64,000 nt of DNA, taken from Octopus sinensis. Lineage: Eukaryota. Shown in pieces: positions 37,240 to 52,260 of the stretch. Below the pieces are notes generated by a model, which did not search any database, was not told the origin of the DNA, and worked only from the letters and a program-made list of their open reading frames with translations. Every line of letters begins with the position of its first letter. Position 1 is the first letter of the stretch. The DNA lies in NCBI RefSeq assembly GCF_006345805.1, contig NC_043014.1, positions 47,058,001 to 47,122,000 on the forward strand, in the 5' to 3' direction. Both the position numbers and the translations under genes were made by a program.

Positions 37240-37995
37240 AGACTTGAACTGGTATATGGTGAATAATATATGGTGAACAATATATGGTGAACAATATATG
37301 GTGAACTGCTACATCTCACATATAGTGAACTGGTATATGATGAATAGTGCATCTGGTATGTGATAAGCAGGTACATTTGGTATAGGGCGGCGAGTGGTAG
37401 AAACGTTAGCATGCCGGGCGAAATGCGTAGCCGTATTTCGTCTGCCGTTATGTTCTGAGTTCAAATTCCGCCGAGGTCGACTTTGCCTTTCATCCTTTCG
37501 GGGTCAATAAATTAAGTACCAGTTACGCACTGGGTTCGATGCAATCGACTTAATCCGTTTGTCTTCTCTGTGTTTAGCCCCTTGTGGGTTGTAAAGAAAT
37601 AGGTACATTTGGTATACAGTAAACATACATCTGATATAAGGTGAACAGGTACATCTGGTATGATAAAATGGTACATTTAGTATATGGTAAACACATCTAG
37701 TGTATGGTGAACTGGTACATGGCAAACATACATCTGATATATGGTGAACAGGTACATCTGGTATATGGTAAACAGATGCAACTGGTATATAGTCAACAGA
37801 AACATTTTGTATGTAGTGAGCTGGTACATCTGACGTGTGATAAAATGGTACATTTGGTATATGGTAAACACATCTAGTGTATGGTGAACTGGTACATGGC
37901 AAACATACATCTGATATATGGTGAACAAGTACATCTTGTATATGGTGAACTGGTGCATCTGGTATTTGGTGAACAGAAACATCTGGTTTATAGTG
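37240..37995. repeat. Degenerate ~20-24-bp minisatellite (GGTACATCTGGTATATGGTGAAC) with a higher-order ~180-bp repeat, interrupted by SINE C
   Basis: SINE C at 37385-37600 is flanked by a 16-bp TSD AGGTACATTTGGTATA. Confidence 0.85.
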
Positions 37996-38452
37996 AAGTG
38001 TTACATAACTAGTTTAATATTTGATACTATAGAGTGAAATGATGTGTACAAATATGTTGTTCACTATTCCTGAACGATTAAAGTACAGTTTATTTGTGGC
38101 TAATGCAGATGTCTGTAGTTAAAAGTTGAGTCTCGTAATCTGTGTCACGTAGTTACCATAATTATAGAACAGGAACCTGTTTCCCACATTTGAAATTCTT
38201 AAAATGTACAAAACCAGTCCAATCCTGTTTTCCGTTCATCTCGCTCTTCCACATCTGACATTTTCTATGAAAGGACGAACTGACTAAATTCCATATTAAC
38301 ACATCAACAACAATAATCACACACACACACACACATACACACTCAGCAACATGTTTTTTTTAGCTACTTCCCCCCTCACACTTTATCTTTATTCTAGCCC
38401 AGGCTGCTTATGTTAACACAGATTCAAAACACTTGCAGATATAAGCTACTTG

Positions 38453-38532
<80 letters not shown>

Positions 38533-39599
38533 CCATACAAGCCTTTGTGTATGTATTTATATACACATACACACACGTACAAGCATACCCACTCATTCTT
38601 CTCTATGAACTCTTTCATTGATGCCTGTGTCAGCTATTTAAAACATTTCCTTCCTTTCAAAATGATGGAAATAATTTTTTAAATATTTTATTGTTTCGCT
38701 CATATTCTCTCTTTCCGCTCCAACGAGTTTCTGGAATTGACACAAAATTTTTACTGAATTTACTTTTAAACAATCCAAACATGTGATTCCAACATCAGAT
38801 AAAACATCTTTTTTTTTAGTACAATTATTTCATTTATTTAGCATTTTTGTCAGAGGATGAACTGGTATGTGTATGGGGGCAGGGTCTCTGTAATTGGCTG
38901 GGGGAAGTTATCCCAAGACCAGCGAGCTGGCAGAAACGTTAGCACGCCAGGCGAAATGCTTAGCGGTATTTCGTCTGCTGTTACGTTCTGAGTTCAAATT
39001 CCGCCGAAGTTGACTTCGCCTTTCATCCTTTCAGGGTCAATAAATTGAGTACCTATTTCTTTACTACCCACAAGGGGCTAAACACAGAGAGGACAGACAA
39101 AGGGATTAAGTCGATTACATCGACCCTAGTGCGTAACTGGTACTCAATTTATCGACCCCGAAAGGATAAAAGGCAAAGTCGACCTTGGCGGAATTTGAAC
39201 TCAGAACGTAACGGCAGACAAAATACAGCTACGCATTTCGCCCGGCGTGCTAACGTTTCTGCCAGCTTGCCGCCTTAAATTGAGTACCAGTTACACACTG
39301 CGGGAGGGGAGGTCGATGTAATCAACTTAATCCCTTTGTCTGTCCTTGTTTGTCCCTTCTATGTTTAGCTCCTTCTGGGCAATAAAGAAACAAGAAATAA
39401 GACCAGAGACTAACCTGAATGTTTGCAACAGAGCAGGTTCTACTAAAGCAGTGGTCCCCAACCATTTTTTTACTTATGAACTCCTTTGGTTCCTATTTTA
39501 CTCTGCTGCGGGGCTACTCAAAACGGTGGTCTGCAGAGTGATGCCAGTCTGCGAACCATCAGCTGCCAGTACGCGGCGAGTTTCCAGAAAAGAAAGAAA

Positions 39600-40007
39600 C
39601 ATTATAAAATGTGATTTTGGAATACCTACCTCACGACTTGTTTGCCACACTGATTTTCTTGGACTTTGGTGATTTGTTTCCAGCACTCCTTCTTGCTTTG
39701 TTGGGGTTGTCAATGTTTGTGGTCTTCTGGAATGCTTCTCATGGACATTCTGAACAGTTTCATCGACTTCAAACTCATCTCTCATTTGAGTGATGGTAAG
39801 TTGCGTTGGTGGATCTATTTGAAACTCCCTCCTAAACTGTCTTTGCACTTCAACTGCGTTTTCCCACTTCCAGAAGCATTTTAGAATGAATTTCCTTTGT
39901 TCAAAGCTTAGTCTGACTGCCATCATTAATTCCAGTGGGTTTCATCTGGAAAGTAAAAACATCTATTAAGTTACCAGCTGCTAAATTGTGTATACATTTT
40001 TTTTTGG

Positions 40008-40016
<9 letters not shown>
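39600..40016 (-). mobile_element. 5' end of a Tc1/mariner-superfamily element (DUF4817 HTH, rosa/DD41D-like)
   Basis: M.LSFEQRKFILKC.W...N.VEVQRQFRREF..DPPT..TI...RD.FE...TV.NV...SP.KS...SRE.GIPKS. The terminus next to (TA)n resembles the rosa TIR (AGGTATCCAAAAAAAAATGTATACACA). Confidence 0.78.
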
Positions 40017-40046
<30 letters not shown>

Positions 40047-40351
40047 CAAAATGGGACAAGAACGCAAAACAACCAGACAGGTAGGTAATACAAAAAGGGA
40101 CAACAAAACATCCAGATAGACTATACGAAGAAAACAAGGATGGGTCATTCGAAGTCCTCTATCCTCGGTCAAGAACCAGATTATCCTCGCAATTTCAGCT
40201 GATTATTCATGAGATTGCTCCAATCTGGCCAGCCCCAAGGAAAAACTAAGCTAAGAGCATTAGATTCCTTAGAAGAAAGCAGCGAATGTATACAAAAACA
40301 AGGACGGAAAAAACGGACAAAGTTACACAAATATAAATACAATATATATAT

Positions 40352-40722
40352 ATTGTTATATTTCGGAATGGTCATTTTGCCAGTTTAGCCAATAAAAACA
40401 CACGCACTATATATTTGGTGTTATTTTGCTTCAGTGTTATTTATTTTTTACATTAATCTTAATCTTATTTCGGCCAGAGTTCTTTCGTCACACTCCTGTG
40501 ACCGCATCAGCTGACGGTTAGTAAGGAGAGACACAAATAAGTAAGAAGAAAACAAAGGACTACTGATGCGGTCACAGGAGTGTGACGAAAGAACTCAGGC
40601 CGAAATAAGATTAAGATTAATGTAAAAAATAAATAACACTGAAGCAAAGTAACACCAAATATATAGTGCGTGTGTTTTTATTGGCTAAACTGGTAAAATG
40701 ACCATTCCGAAATATAACAATA
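40352..40722. repeat. Inverted pseudo-LTR pair (~155-bp arms) carrying a hammerhead-like motif; single arm repeated at ~53466-53665
   Basis: Arms are reverse complements; CTGATGC-G-GTCAC(AGGAGT)GTGAC-GAAA-GAAC-TC at 40563-40596. Confidence 0.8.
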
Positions 40723-43700
40723 TCTGTTTCAACACACGACTTCACATAAAAAATCTTGCACAACAAATATTTAAATATATATACATATATATATATATAT
40801 ATACATACATACATGTGTCTGTGTTTGTCCCCTACCACCACTTGACAACCAGTGTTGGTGTGTTTATGTCCCTATAGTGGTTCAGTAAAAAGAGACCGCC
40901 CGATGGAATAAGTACCAGGTTTTTAAAAAATAAAGTACTGAGATCAATTCCTTCAACTAAAATTTCTTCAAGGCAGTGCCCCAGAATGGCCACAGTCTAA
41001 TGACTGACACAAGTAACGATACACTTACATATACGAACGTATATACATACATATATATGCACGTATGCACATGACCAGTTTAAATTGTCCGCCTTAAAAC
41101 TCCTCATGCAATATGGTCAGAATAACACCGCAGTGAATATAATGATGAAATAAATATATAAATTTATATGAATAAGGATAAGATCGTTATTTAAACTACC
41201 AATCTTATCAGATGGCCTGCATGGGAATAAAAACCTTTATATATGTAATAGGTATATTAGAGTGGAGGCGCAATGGCCCAGTGGTTAGGGCAGCGGACTC
41301 ACGGTCATAGGATCGCGGTTTCGATTCCCAGACCGGGCGTTGTGAGTGTTTATTGAGCGAAAACACCTAAAACTCCACGAGGCTCCGGTAGGGATGGTGG
41401 TGATCCCTGCTGTACTCTTTCACCACAACTTTCTCTCTTACTTCCTGTTTCTGTTGTACCTGTATTTCAAAGGGCCGGCCTTGTCACTCTCTGTGTCACG
41501 CTGAATATCCCCGAGAACTACGTTAAGGGTACACGTGTCTGTGGAGTGCTCAGCCACTTACACGTTAATTTCACGAGCAGGCTGTTCCGTTGATTCGGAT
41601 CAACCGGAACCCTCGTCGTCGTAACCGACGGAGTGCTTCCAGGTATATTAGTGGAAGCTGAAAGTGGAATGGTGTCTCCAGGTAATATGGGCACTGATCA
41701 TAGCGTGTAAACTTTAGTAGATCTGTCCAACCCATTCTAGCTCTGGAATGGTGGTGGCAGTTGTGGTAAGCTTGGTGAAGAGTCTCTTGGAAATGTAGAT
41801 GTAGTGAACAATACCAATAAAATTTAACATACCATTGTCTTTTTGTTATTTTTTCTGTACCACCAGAAGATAGGTCTCTTGTAGCTTTTGTGGTACAATG
41901 TTTCAGAATGGTTAAACTTCATGTTTTCATCCATAAATTTTGCAAAGTACAGCTTTGAGTTTAAATGTCATTCATAAAGAGAAAAGTAGAAATTTTCAGT
42001 TACAACATTCATAAAAACAAGATTGAGTTAAATATGTTGCAAAAGAAATTGTGTTTTGGATATGTTCTGTGTTTTTAGACTAAAGTTGTTGTGGGTCACA
42101 CAAACAGTGTGATCATAAAATGATAAGATAAAAAAAAAAGAAAGAAGAAACCAATATCTGTGACTGGCTAACTGGTGGAATTGAGATACAGCAAAACAAT
42201 GTCTCATTCAGCTGAATTATGTGTTATGTTTAACCCTTTAGTGTTCAGATTATTCTATTAAATGTAATGCTTATCTATTTACATTGTTTTGAATTTATTC
42301 TGTATCATCTTGTAGCCTTGAGATTTTGATGATGTGATTGTTTATGTTTAAAATGATATTTTGAGGTAAGTATAAAAAGCCAAACCTGGCTAGTTTGAAC
42401 ATAAAGCAAGTAGAATATTTTGGCTGAATATAGGCAGTTTGAAAGCTAAAGGGTTAAGACTTACTGAAACGTGTTGATTCAACTGGTCTGATATTTTAGC
42501 TGAGAATATAAAACTACCAATACCACTGGCCTGCTAATGTAGCTAAAGACCACAACTAATACCGCTGGTCTATTACTGTGGCTAAGTTCACCCTGTATAG
42601 CCAATGCAGGCTTGGGCGGTGCCACTGTTTTGTAGGTCCTGTAAACAAATGAGAAACTATACAATTCAAACTTCATCTGCTTGTGAGAGTTTTTTACAAA
42701 ACAATGTGCCGGTGGCACGTAAAAAGCACCATCCGACTGTGGCCATTGCCAGCTTCATCTGGTCTCCGTGCTGTAGAAACACTGCCAGATCAGACTGGGC
42801 CTGGTGCAGCCTTCTGGCTTCCCAGACCCCAGTTGAACCGTCCAACCCATGCTAGCATGGACAGCGGATGTTATACAATAATGATGATGATAAATTACTA
42901 AAAAGCTGTGGTCAAGCTGTTACATAGATACTCCTTTGAGAATACATTTATCATAATTATAATAATATTTTTATCGTAACTTTTAATTTTTTTGATAAAA
43001 ATAAATGAGTATCATATGTGTTTTCTTTTTTCATAACTGTATATCTACTTTTGCACCACCCTGTATATATCTATATATATATATGTCAGGGAGAAAAACT
43101 AGAAGTTTGGCAAAAGAGACCGATAGAATAAGTACCAGGCTTACAAAGAATAAGCCCTGGGGTTGATTTGCTCGACTAAATGCAGTACTCCAGCATGGCC
43201 GCAGTCAAATGACTGAACCAAGTAAAAGATTATATACTCTATTACTTGTTTCAATCATTTGACTGAGGCCATGCTGGAGCACCGCCTTTAGTCGAGCAAA
43301 TCGACCCCGGGACTTATTCTTTGTAAGCCCAGTACTTATTCTATCAGTCTCTTTTGCCGAACCACTAAGTTACGGGGACGTAAACACACCAGCATCGGTT
43401 GTCAAGCAATGCTAGGGGGACAAACACAGACACACAAACATACACGCACACACATATATATATATATACATATATATGACGGACTTCTTTCAGTTTCCGT
43501 CTACCAAATCCACTCACAAGGCATTGGTCGGCCCGGGGCTATAGCAGAAGACACTTGCCCAAGGTGACACACAGTGGGACTGAACCCGGAACAATGTGGT
43601 TGGTAAACAAGCTACTTACCACACAATATATATACATGTATAAAGAGAGAGAGAGAATAGGAGGAAAAGATGCAATGCTGCTAATTATGTATATAATAAA

Positions 43701-44566
43701 TATGCTTCAGAGAAAATCCCCAGAGGAGTTTTCTGTGAACTATAAACACAGTCTCACATATGTAAGTAACTCAACCATATTATTGTGCCTGTATACACAC
43801 ACACACAGTGTATATACATATGCACACACATACACAAAGATGCCATCTGCTATCTACACACACTGCAAGTCAATCTCTGATTTTGGCACCGTTCCATACT
43901 CTCAGTTCTTCCACTGAGTCAAACAACAGGATTCCAGTTGGGAGTGTCCTATTATTCATAGTCTTTGGTTGATAACCAATTGATGGAGTTCTGACTTTCT
44001 TTCTCGGTCTTTCCCATATATACCCACACAAACATAGATGCTCACATTTACATATGCACATGTACATACATACATTTACATATACATGTGTACATACACT
44101 TACATATAGACGTACTTACATGTATGCATGCATACATACGTACATAGATGCACACATTTACAAATGTACATACATACATTTACATATACATATGTACATA
44201 CACTCATACATGCATACATACATACATATATACACTTACATATAGACATGCATGCATGCACACATACACACACACATACATACATACACTTACATATAGA
44301 CGTACTTACATGCATGCATACATACATGCACACATTTACATATACACATGTACATACATACATTTACATATACATATGTATATTCATGCATACATATATG
44401 CATACAAACATGCATACATACATACATACGCTTACATATAGACATGTATATACATACATACACACACACATACATGTACAGAAATGCTGTTATTCGGTCG
44501 TCAAGTATGAAATTTGAAGAAAAGAAAAAACAGTATGCTAATGTTTTATAAATACAAGGAATAGTT

Positions 44567-45098
44567 TTATTCATCAAAATATGCACCCGTATTGTCAATA
44601 CACTTTTGCCATTTCAGCAGAAGCTTGTCCAGCCCCAAACTGTAAAAGCCTGGCAATCTAGAGTCAGTAAAATCTTGGAAGGCCTGTTTTACAGCATCAT
44701 CAGAATTAAATTTTTTCCATATCAAAAAGTTATCCAAAGTCTGGAAGAAGAGGTAATCAGTGGAGCCAAGATCAGGTGAGTATGGTGGATGATGGAGAAC
44801 TTCCAACTCCAACTCCTGTAGTTTCAGCAATGTCACTTTTGCGATGTGTGATGTGTGGTCTGGTGTTGTTTTGCAATAGAATAGGAGTGGATCTGTTGAC
44901 TAATCTAGGCTGTTTTTTTGTAAGTCTCTGCATCATTTGGTCCAGTTGGCTGCAGTATACTTTGGCTGTGATTGATGAACCAGGTTTAATGAAATCATAA
45001 TGGATCACACCTGTGCCAGTCCACCAAACACACACCATCAGCTTCTTTTGATGAATTTTGCATTTTGGACTGTGTTTTGGTGGTTCATCTTTGTCCAC
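44567..45098 (-). mobile_element. Mariner (DD34D) transposase catalytic-domain remnant, frameshifted, 5' end cut by a piggyBac-like MITE
   Basis: KLMVCVWW...GVIHY..I.PG.SIT...YC.QL, ILLQNN.RPH, then HPPYSPDL..DY..F..L.NFL...KW..CI...GAYF. Confidence 0.92.
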
Positions 45099-46780
45099 TC
45101 ATTAACCCTTTTAATACCAAACCGGCTCTGGATCTGAGTACAAATGTCTTGTTTTCATAAGTTTTGAATTAAAATCTTCCACCAAACCTTAGTCACAATT
45201 TATGTTCCTAACACTGGCTGAATGATAACTAAGTTATTTTACTAAATTCTTTGTTGCAATCAAAGTAATTGAAAGAAACACAGAGCATCTCAACAGAAAT
45301 ACAGTAACGAAAGGGTTAATATCTAATTTTTACCCCATATATAAACTTCTTGCAACACTAGTGCCTGATTAGTCACTGTTTCCTATATAACAGCAGAAGC
45401 AAATTTTGGTCAGCATGCAGTGATAGTGGGGTATCTGCTGCTGATGAAGTGAGAATGCACTGAAATCACATGATCTGGCAGTTCTATCACTTGGTGGAGA
45501 CTTTCTGTTTTTCAACCATAAATGTTCATACGAGATGTTCTCTCAAGATGACTACCACAGTATTATGGCTTTCTTACAATACATCTATGCTAGGTAGGAC
45601 ACAAAAACTGATATATCTATATGTGTATATATATGTATGCATTAGCGTAGCTGGGTGGGGTGGGGGTAGTGGCTGCTCTTTTGGGTCTGCTGCAAGCAAT
45701 ATGTGTTTTTGTTGGATCCAGGGGTAGGAAACAGGGGACCCCACCAGATGGCACACACACACTCCAGCTACACTAGTGTATGTGTGTGTGTGCTGCATAT
45801 GTATGTGTGTATGTATATATATATATATATATAGTTAATCCAAACAAGAAAGCACAAAAAAACACAACAACGCGAGGACGTGGAACAAATATAGTATTAT
45901 TGGACGCTCAGGAAAGAAGGAGGGTTTAACGTTTCGAGCGGAGCTCTTTGTCGGAAACATAGGAAAAGGAAAGATCCAGAGAAGGGAAGACAGGAAAAAA
46001 AATCGCCAACGGTACACATGTTTAAAGTAAGTATGATTCAGAGATCCATACAGGAAATTAGTAAGCTTCAAGCATTTATATGGTTTGGCTATATCTAGCA
46101 TATAGGCTGTCCACTTTTAGTGGTTAGTCCTCTAAATTTTGTATGTAATAGAATTTTTAATCTTCAGATTTTTTTAAAATATGCTAAGCCACTGGTTTTA
46201 ATTGATTAATATCAATTTCTACCCTTATTTAATTATATATACATATATATAATTCATGTTTATTATTAACAAATTGGTAATCTTTACAGCCATTTCCATT
46301 AGTGCCTAATAGGTAAATTACGGATTTATGCATTAAATTTGCATTAGTTTGTCATGAGCATGTCTGCTGGCAGGAATTGATAGGTCGGTATGTAACATCT
46401 TAAAGTATTTTTTTTTCTCTGAAGAAATTAAGCTCATAAAATATAAATGCAAATTTAATGCATAAAACTGTAATTTGTGTGTTGGGCACTAATGGATATA
46501 GCTGTAAGAAGTGAAGATTACCAATTTGTTGATAGTAGATAATTATTAACTTTGAGCTCACTATTTTCTGACCATCAATTAACTGAACATGAATTATATG
46601 CTTCATATATACCTACTGATTTAAGGGAATTTCATTTCCCAAAAATACTAAGCATAGAACCAGTATTTCCTTAGATGTAACCACCCCTTAATGAGGTTAA
46701 CATATCCTCTATGCAAATTTTATATATAAATAGCCACTATACCTTTTTTCTATTTTCTCTCCCTGTTTATTTCTGTGTTC

Positions 46781-46816
46781 CTTTCTGTCGAAGAGCGTAG
46801 GCTCGAAACGTAAAAA
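46781..46816 (+). ncRNA. Penelope-type minimal hammerhead-like motif (variant core)
   Basis: cTTT-CTGTCGA-A-GAGC(GTAG)GCTC-GAAA-CG-TA-AAA. Stem III is the ACGT palindrome, so a dimer would be needed. The core has U in place of the conserved A6. Confidence 0.45.
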
Positions 46817-47079
46817 TCTTTCTCACTTACCAAGCATTAAACTAATACATCTGTTTGCTGTTTACACACCCGTCTTCATCTTTTGTTTTTCTTTTTTGTA
46901 AATTTTCACTATTTATATATATATATATATATTATATTAAATTAGAGACAAAACCACTATTAGGCAAATCAAACAATGAAAGACTTAAGCCAATACATAT
47001 GATTATTTATATTATTTAAATATGTAACAAAATTATTAAAAAATATAATTAATATCCCACTACGATCGTTTCCTGCCTG

Positions 47080-47127
<48 letters not shown>

Positions 47128-47489
47128 ATATATATATAATGTACTGTTCTATAATGGTATGGTCAGCAAAAATGGTACTCCATCTGGTGAGAGATAAATA
47201 TTATTTAATAGACACAATGCATGTTTTTTTTATGTGCTACTAATAGTTTCTTGTGCTGAGAACATGCCAAATAAGGAATTATAACATGTAACATCTCCTC
47301 AGGCACCAACCACATGTGTGTGTGTGTTTAAACTATAATACTAAATTAAGACAAATTCCAATGGTACCAAATTCTATGGCATCTAGTAAGTCTAATAAGT
47401 AAAAAAATATGAGACAGTTTAATAATATTGTGATAGTATAAAATTAACATTTTAGTATGACAAAAACTACATTTAAAAGTTTTACCACT

Positions 47490-47800
47490 TAACTATACCA
47501 TTAACTACACCATTAATTATTATCACCTAACGCCATCATTAACTATTATCACCAAACTACATCATTAACTATTATCTTAAACTACACCATTAACTATTAC
47601 CATTTAACTTCACCATTAACTATACTATTAACTATTATCACTTAACTACACTGTTAACTATTATCTCTCAACTATACCTATTAACTATTATCTTTAATTA
47701 GACCATCAACTATTACCACTAACTACACCATTAACTGTCACCACTTAATTATACCCATTAACTATTAACATTTATCTACACCATTAACTATCACAACCAG
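47490..47800. repeat. Degenerate AACTACACCATTAACTATTATC minisatellite
   Basis: Repeating ttaacta/ctacacca units. Confidence 0.8.
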
Positions 47801-50540
47801 CATAGAGAAAACCATAGCCAGATATTGATTAAAACATTGAACAGGGAAGAACAATGGGCTGTTATTTTCGTTTGGCAGATTTCACTCAGAAAACATTAGG
47901 TTAGGAATTGTATTAAAGCCAATGATAAACTGTAATTTCATTGTTTATTTTCTTTATGTAAAAAGTAGAGATTCGACTCTTTTACTATTAGTCATTTATA
48001 CTCTTTTATTATTAGTCAATTGGTTAAATATCCAACTAACTGATTGTTTAATTTGCTTTGTTTTTGTTTGTCAAAACTCATTGCTACTTGCAACCATTCG
48101 AGCGTGATCGTTACCAGCATCGCCTTACTGGCACCTGTGCCGGTGGCATGTGTAAAAGATTCGAGCATGGTCGTTGCCAGTACCGCCTGACTGGCCCCAT
48201 GCTGGTGGCACGTTAAAGCACCCACTACACTCTCGGAGTGGTTGGCTGGCGTTAGGAAGGGCATCGAGCTGTAGAAACTCTGCCAGATCAAGATTGAAGC
48301 CTGGTGCAGCCATCTGGTTCGCCAGCCCTCAGTCAAATCTTCCTATAGTAGAAGACACTTGCCCAAGGTGCCACACAGTGGGACTGAACCCAGAACCATG
48401 TGGTCCATAAGCAAGCTACTTACCACACAGCTACTCCTATGCCTAACAATGTGCATTTTTGCAAATCTTTCATGTAAACAATTGCAATTTAATATTTGGT
48501 GGTTTTTTGGCTTTGAATTCTATATTTAACCAGTGTTCTCAGACCAAATGAAATTACTGTTGTATTATTGTACCAGTAAGATTCATGGAAATCTATTTTC
48601 TCTAATTTGGTAAATAGGAACCTTATATGCAACCCAACTTTATAAAGAAAACCTTTGAAATTTCGATCTATTTTCGTCCCTCCAGGTTTGATAAAATAAA
48701 ATACCTATTTCTTTACTACCCACAAGGGGCTAAACACAGAGAAGACAAACAAGGACAGACAAACGGATTAAGTCGATTATATCAACCCCAGTGTGTAACT
48801 AGTACTTATTTAATCGACCCCGAAAGGATGAAAGGCAAAGTCGACCTCGGCGGAATTTGAACTCAGAATGTAGCGGCAGATGAAATACCGCGAAGCATTT
48901 CACCCGGCATGCTAACGATTCTGCCAGCTCGCCACCTTGATAAAATAAAATACCAGCCAAGTTATGATGTCAATCTAGCTGAACCTCTCCCAAATCTGAG
49001 GTGTTGTGCCATATTAGAAATAAACTATTTAGTAAAATTTTTTAAAAATACATTGGCTAAAATACAGCTCCCACTCCATTTCTGATATCATGATTATATA
49101 ATTTCATTATAAATTATTATAACAATATATTACCAGCAAAACTGAGAGGGCACCACTTGTAGTACCGTGGGAGTTTGTGGACATAACAGGAACACTAAAT
49201 TCTTCTGCAGGGATATGTTGTTATTTTAGCACTTACAGTTAGATACTTTCTCAACAATTTTTTGCCATCTGTTCTATGCTTTCGTCACTATTTATAAACA
49301 CGGTATTACACTGTTTTAACCTATAAAATAATAATCCCATTTGCCATATTTTTAATGTTCTGTTCACACTGTTTCAGTACTTTTGATAAACAACAGCTAA
49401 AACCCAGTTTTATATGAGCCAAAAGATGAGCCTCTACATGGCCACTCACCTTACTAGAAATAGCAGCCAAATCTCCCTCCTTTCACATCTTATCATTTTC
49501 AAAGAGAGACAGACTACTTTGGATAATGTATTCCTAGATATCCCGAACCAAGTTGGTCCAGGTTGGAACACTTTTTGTCCTAGATCAGCTGAGTCAGGGA
49601 CAATCTAGGGATACTTTAAATCTCCCTCAATATACTTCTGGTATCTTTGATATATGGCCCACCAGATAACAAAGAAGTAACCTGCATATGCTTGACATGC
49701 TTAATATAATAGCCAATCTCCTTCAAAAGACTCTCTCCTCGTTTTAGAAAAACAGTCCCCACACTCAAGATGAGAGGACTACGGATGGAAATATTAAAGG
49801 TCAACTCAAATAGAATTAGTTAGCACAAGTTAATATAACCACAATCAGTCAACGTCCTAGGCTCCACTTCATACCAAAATGGCTACTTTACTGCACAGAT
49901 GTCTTATCTTTACTTGTAACAGTTCTGCACAAAATGTTAATTCTTGTACAACAGACATATTTATTGATAATAAAATTATGTTTTTATTTCCTCTGCAGTA
50001 TTTTTATTTGATTCCATCAGACCAGCCAACCAGCCAACCATTCAACTGAAACAGAATTTCCATCAATTCTAAGCCATATTTCTCCCGAGATCATATAATG
50101 AGAATCAAAAATGACTTATCTGGCAGCCATGTTTATCTAAAGAGTAGAATTATTGCTCTAATTGTTCCCTAATGGAATGTCTTGCTTTGGAATGGTGCCA
50201 CTTCGAAGATAACATATTTTTATTCAATTATCCATTTCCTCTACATTGCAAAGATGATATTGACTCGGGCAGATGTTGTGACATAGTGAGGAGAGCGCTG
50301 TACACTAGAATTATCGTTGTGAGTTCAAACTCATCTGATATTACTTTGTCCATTCCCTTACGTTATTGTTGTTGTTGTTGTTGTGGTAGTGGTGGTGGTG
50401 GTGGTGGTGGTGGTAGTTGTTGTGTAGTTCTATTGATATATATATGAGTTCTGGGTCAGCCAATCAAATCCTTGTAAAAAAAAAAAATAGCTACAGTTGC
50501 AACATGCTGGATAATCCATGTTCTAGTGGTGTGTGTGTGG

Positions 50541-50582
<42 letters not shown>

Positions 50583-50725
50583 TGAAAGTGGGGCCCATAC
50601 TTCACACCTTTTAGTATTGTTGACTACCACTGCTGTCACCACTACTGCTGCCACCACCGCTACAACCACCACTGCTGCTACTTCCACTGTGAGCACCACC
50701 ACTACTGCAACTGCTGCTGCTGCTG

Positions 50726-50765
<40 letters not shown>

Positions 50766-50825
50766 CACCACCACCACTACTACTACTACTTCCACTACTA
50801 CTCATAATAATAATAATAATTCTTA

Positions 50826-50985
50826 AACATTCACTAATACAACACCAAGTACAAAACCAAATATATGGCACCCTAGGCATAATACCAACATGAACTTCCA
50901 ACTTGTTGTTTCTTGAGGCCTCTGGGTGAGACTTGGAGCCAACTCGTACAAATGTAAAGCAAAAGTCAAACATAGAATAATAATT
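50826..50985 (+). mobile_element. Shorter 5'-truncated copy of the same R4/Dong 3' UTR, also in (TAA)n
   Basis: Matches 52110-52260 (cattcact..tacaacacc...gagacttggagccaac...gcaaaagtcaaacatagaataat); TAA repeats on both sides. Confidence 0.75.
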
Positions 50986-51880
50986 ATAATAATCCTTTCT
51001 TCCGTAGGCATAAGGCTTGAAATTTTGGGAGAGGGGTTAAGTCAATTACATCGACTCCAGTACTCAACTGGTACTCAATTTATCGACTTCAAAAGCATGA
51101 AAGGCAAAGTCAACCTCGGCAGAAATATCATAATAATAAAGGTGATAATATTGATTTCAAATCCTGGAACTAGGCCATCGATTGTGGGGGAGTGGGGAGG
51201 TCGAAGACATTGACCCGAATACTTACTGAGACCTATTTTATTGACCTCGGAAGGCTGAAAGACAAAATTGACCTCCATGGAATTTGAACTCAGAACATAA
51301 AGACCGATGAAATCTCACTAAGCATTTTGTGCAACATGCTAATGACTCTGCCAGATTGCTGCTTTAATAATAGTCTTAATATTGACAACTTCGAATTTAG
51401 ACACAAGGCCAGCAATTTTAGGAGAAAGTAAGTCAATTATATCAACCCCCAGTGTTTGACTGGTTTTTATTTTATTATTTACCCATGGAAAGCAGACGTT
51501 AAATGATGATGAAATGATAATGAGACTTAAAAAATAAAATGCAAATCTGACCTCTGTGAAATTTGAACTCAGAACCTAAAGACAGATGAAATGCTGCTAA
51601 GCATTTTGCCCAGCGTGCTAATGATTCTGCCAGCTCACTGCCTTAATAATGATAGTAATAATAATCCTTTTGAATATCGGCACAAGGCCTGAAATTTGGA
51701 GGAAGGGGGTTAGTTGATTACATTGACTCCAGTACTTAACTGTTGCTTATTTCATTGACTCCGAAAGGATGAAAGCCAAACTCGACCTTGTTGGAATTTG
51801 AACTTAGAACATGAAGACAGACAAAATATTGCTAAACATTTCACCCAGTGTGCTAACGATTCTGCCAGCATGCCACCTTA

Positions 51881-51931
<51 letters not shown>

Positions 51932-52260
51932 GGTGCCCTGGGAATGATAGCGAAAGGGCCTGATTGCTACCTAACTCAGATACCAGGAAACCCAAAAATG
52001 GCAGAAATTCAAAAGATAGTGCTCATGGGAACTGCTCATATCCTACGCAAAATACTTTCTATGTAATCTCAGGGTTTAAAACAAACGTAATTTTTTTTTT
52101 GCAGGGGGGACATTCACTAGTACAACACCAAAAAAAAAACCAAGTATATGGCACACTAGGCATAACAACAACATGAACTTCCAACCTGTTGTCTCTTGAG
52201 GTCTCTGGGTGAGACTTGGAGCCAACTTGTACAAATATAAAGCAAAAGTCAAACATAGAA
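51932..52260 (+). mobile_element. 3' end of an R4/Dong-clade (RLE) non-LTR retrotransposon inserted in (TAA)n
   Basis: 51932-52066 encodes GALGMIAKG...IPG...EIQKIVLMGTAHILRKIL*, the characteristic R4/Dong C-terminus. The 3' UTR ends in (TAA)n and both flanks are TAA repeats. Confidence 0.82.
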
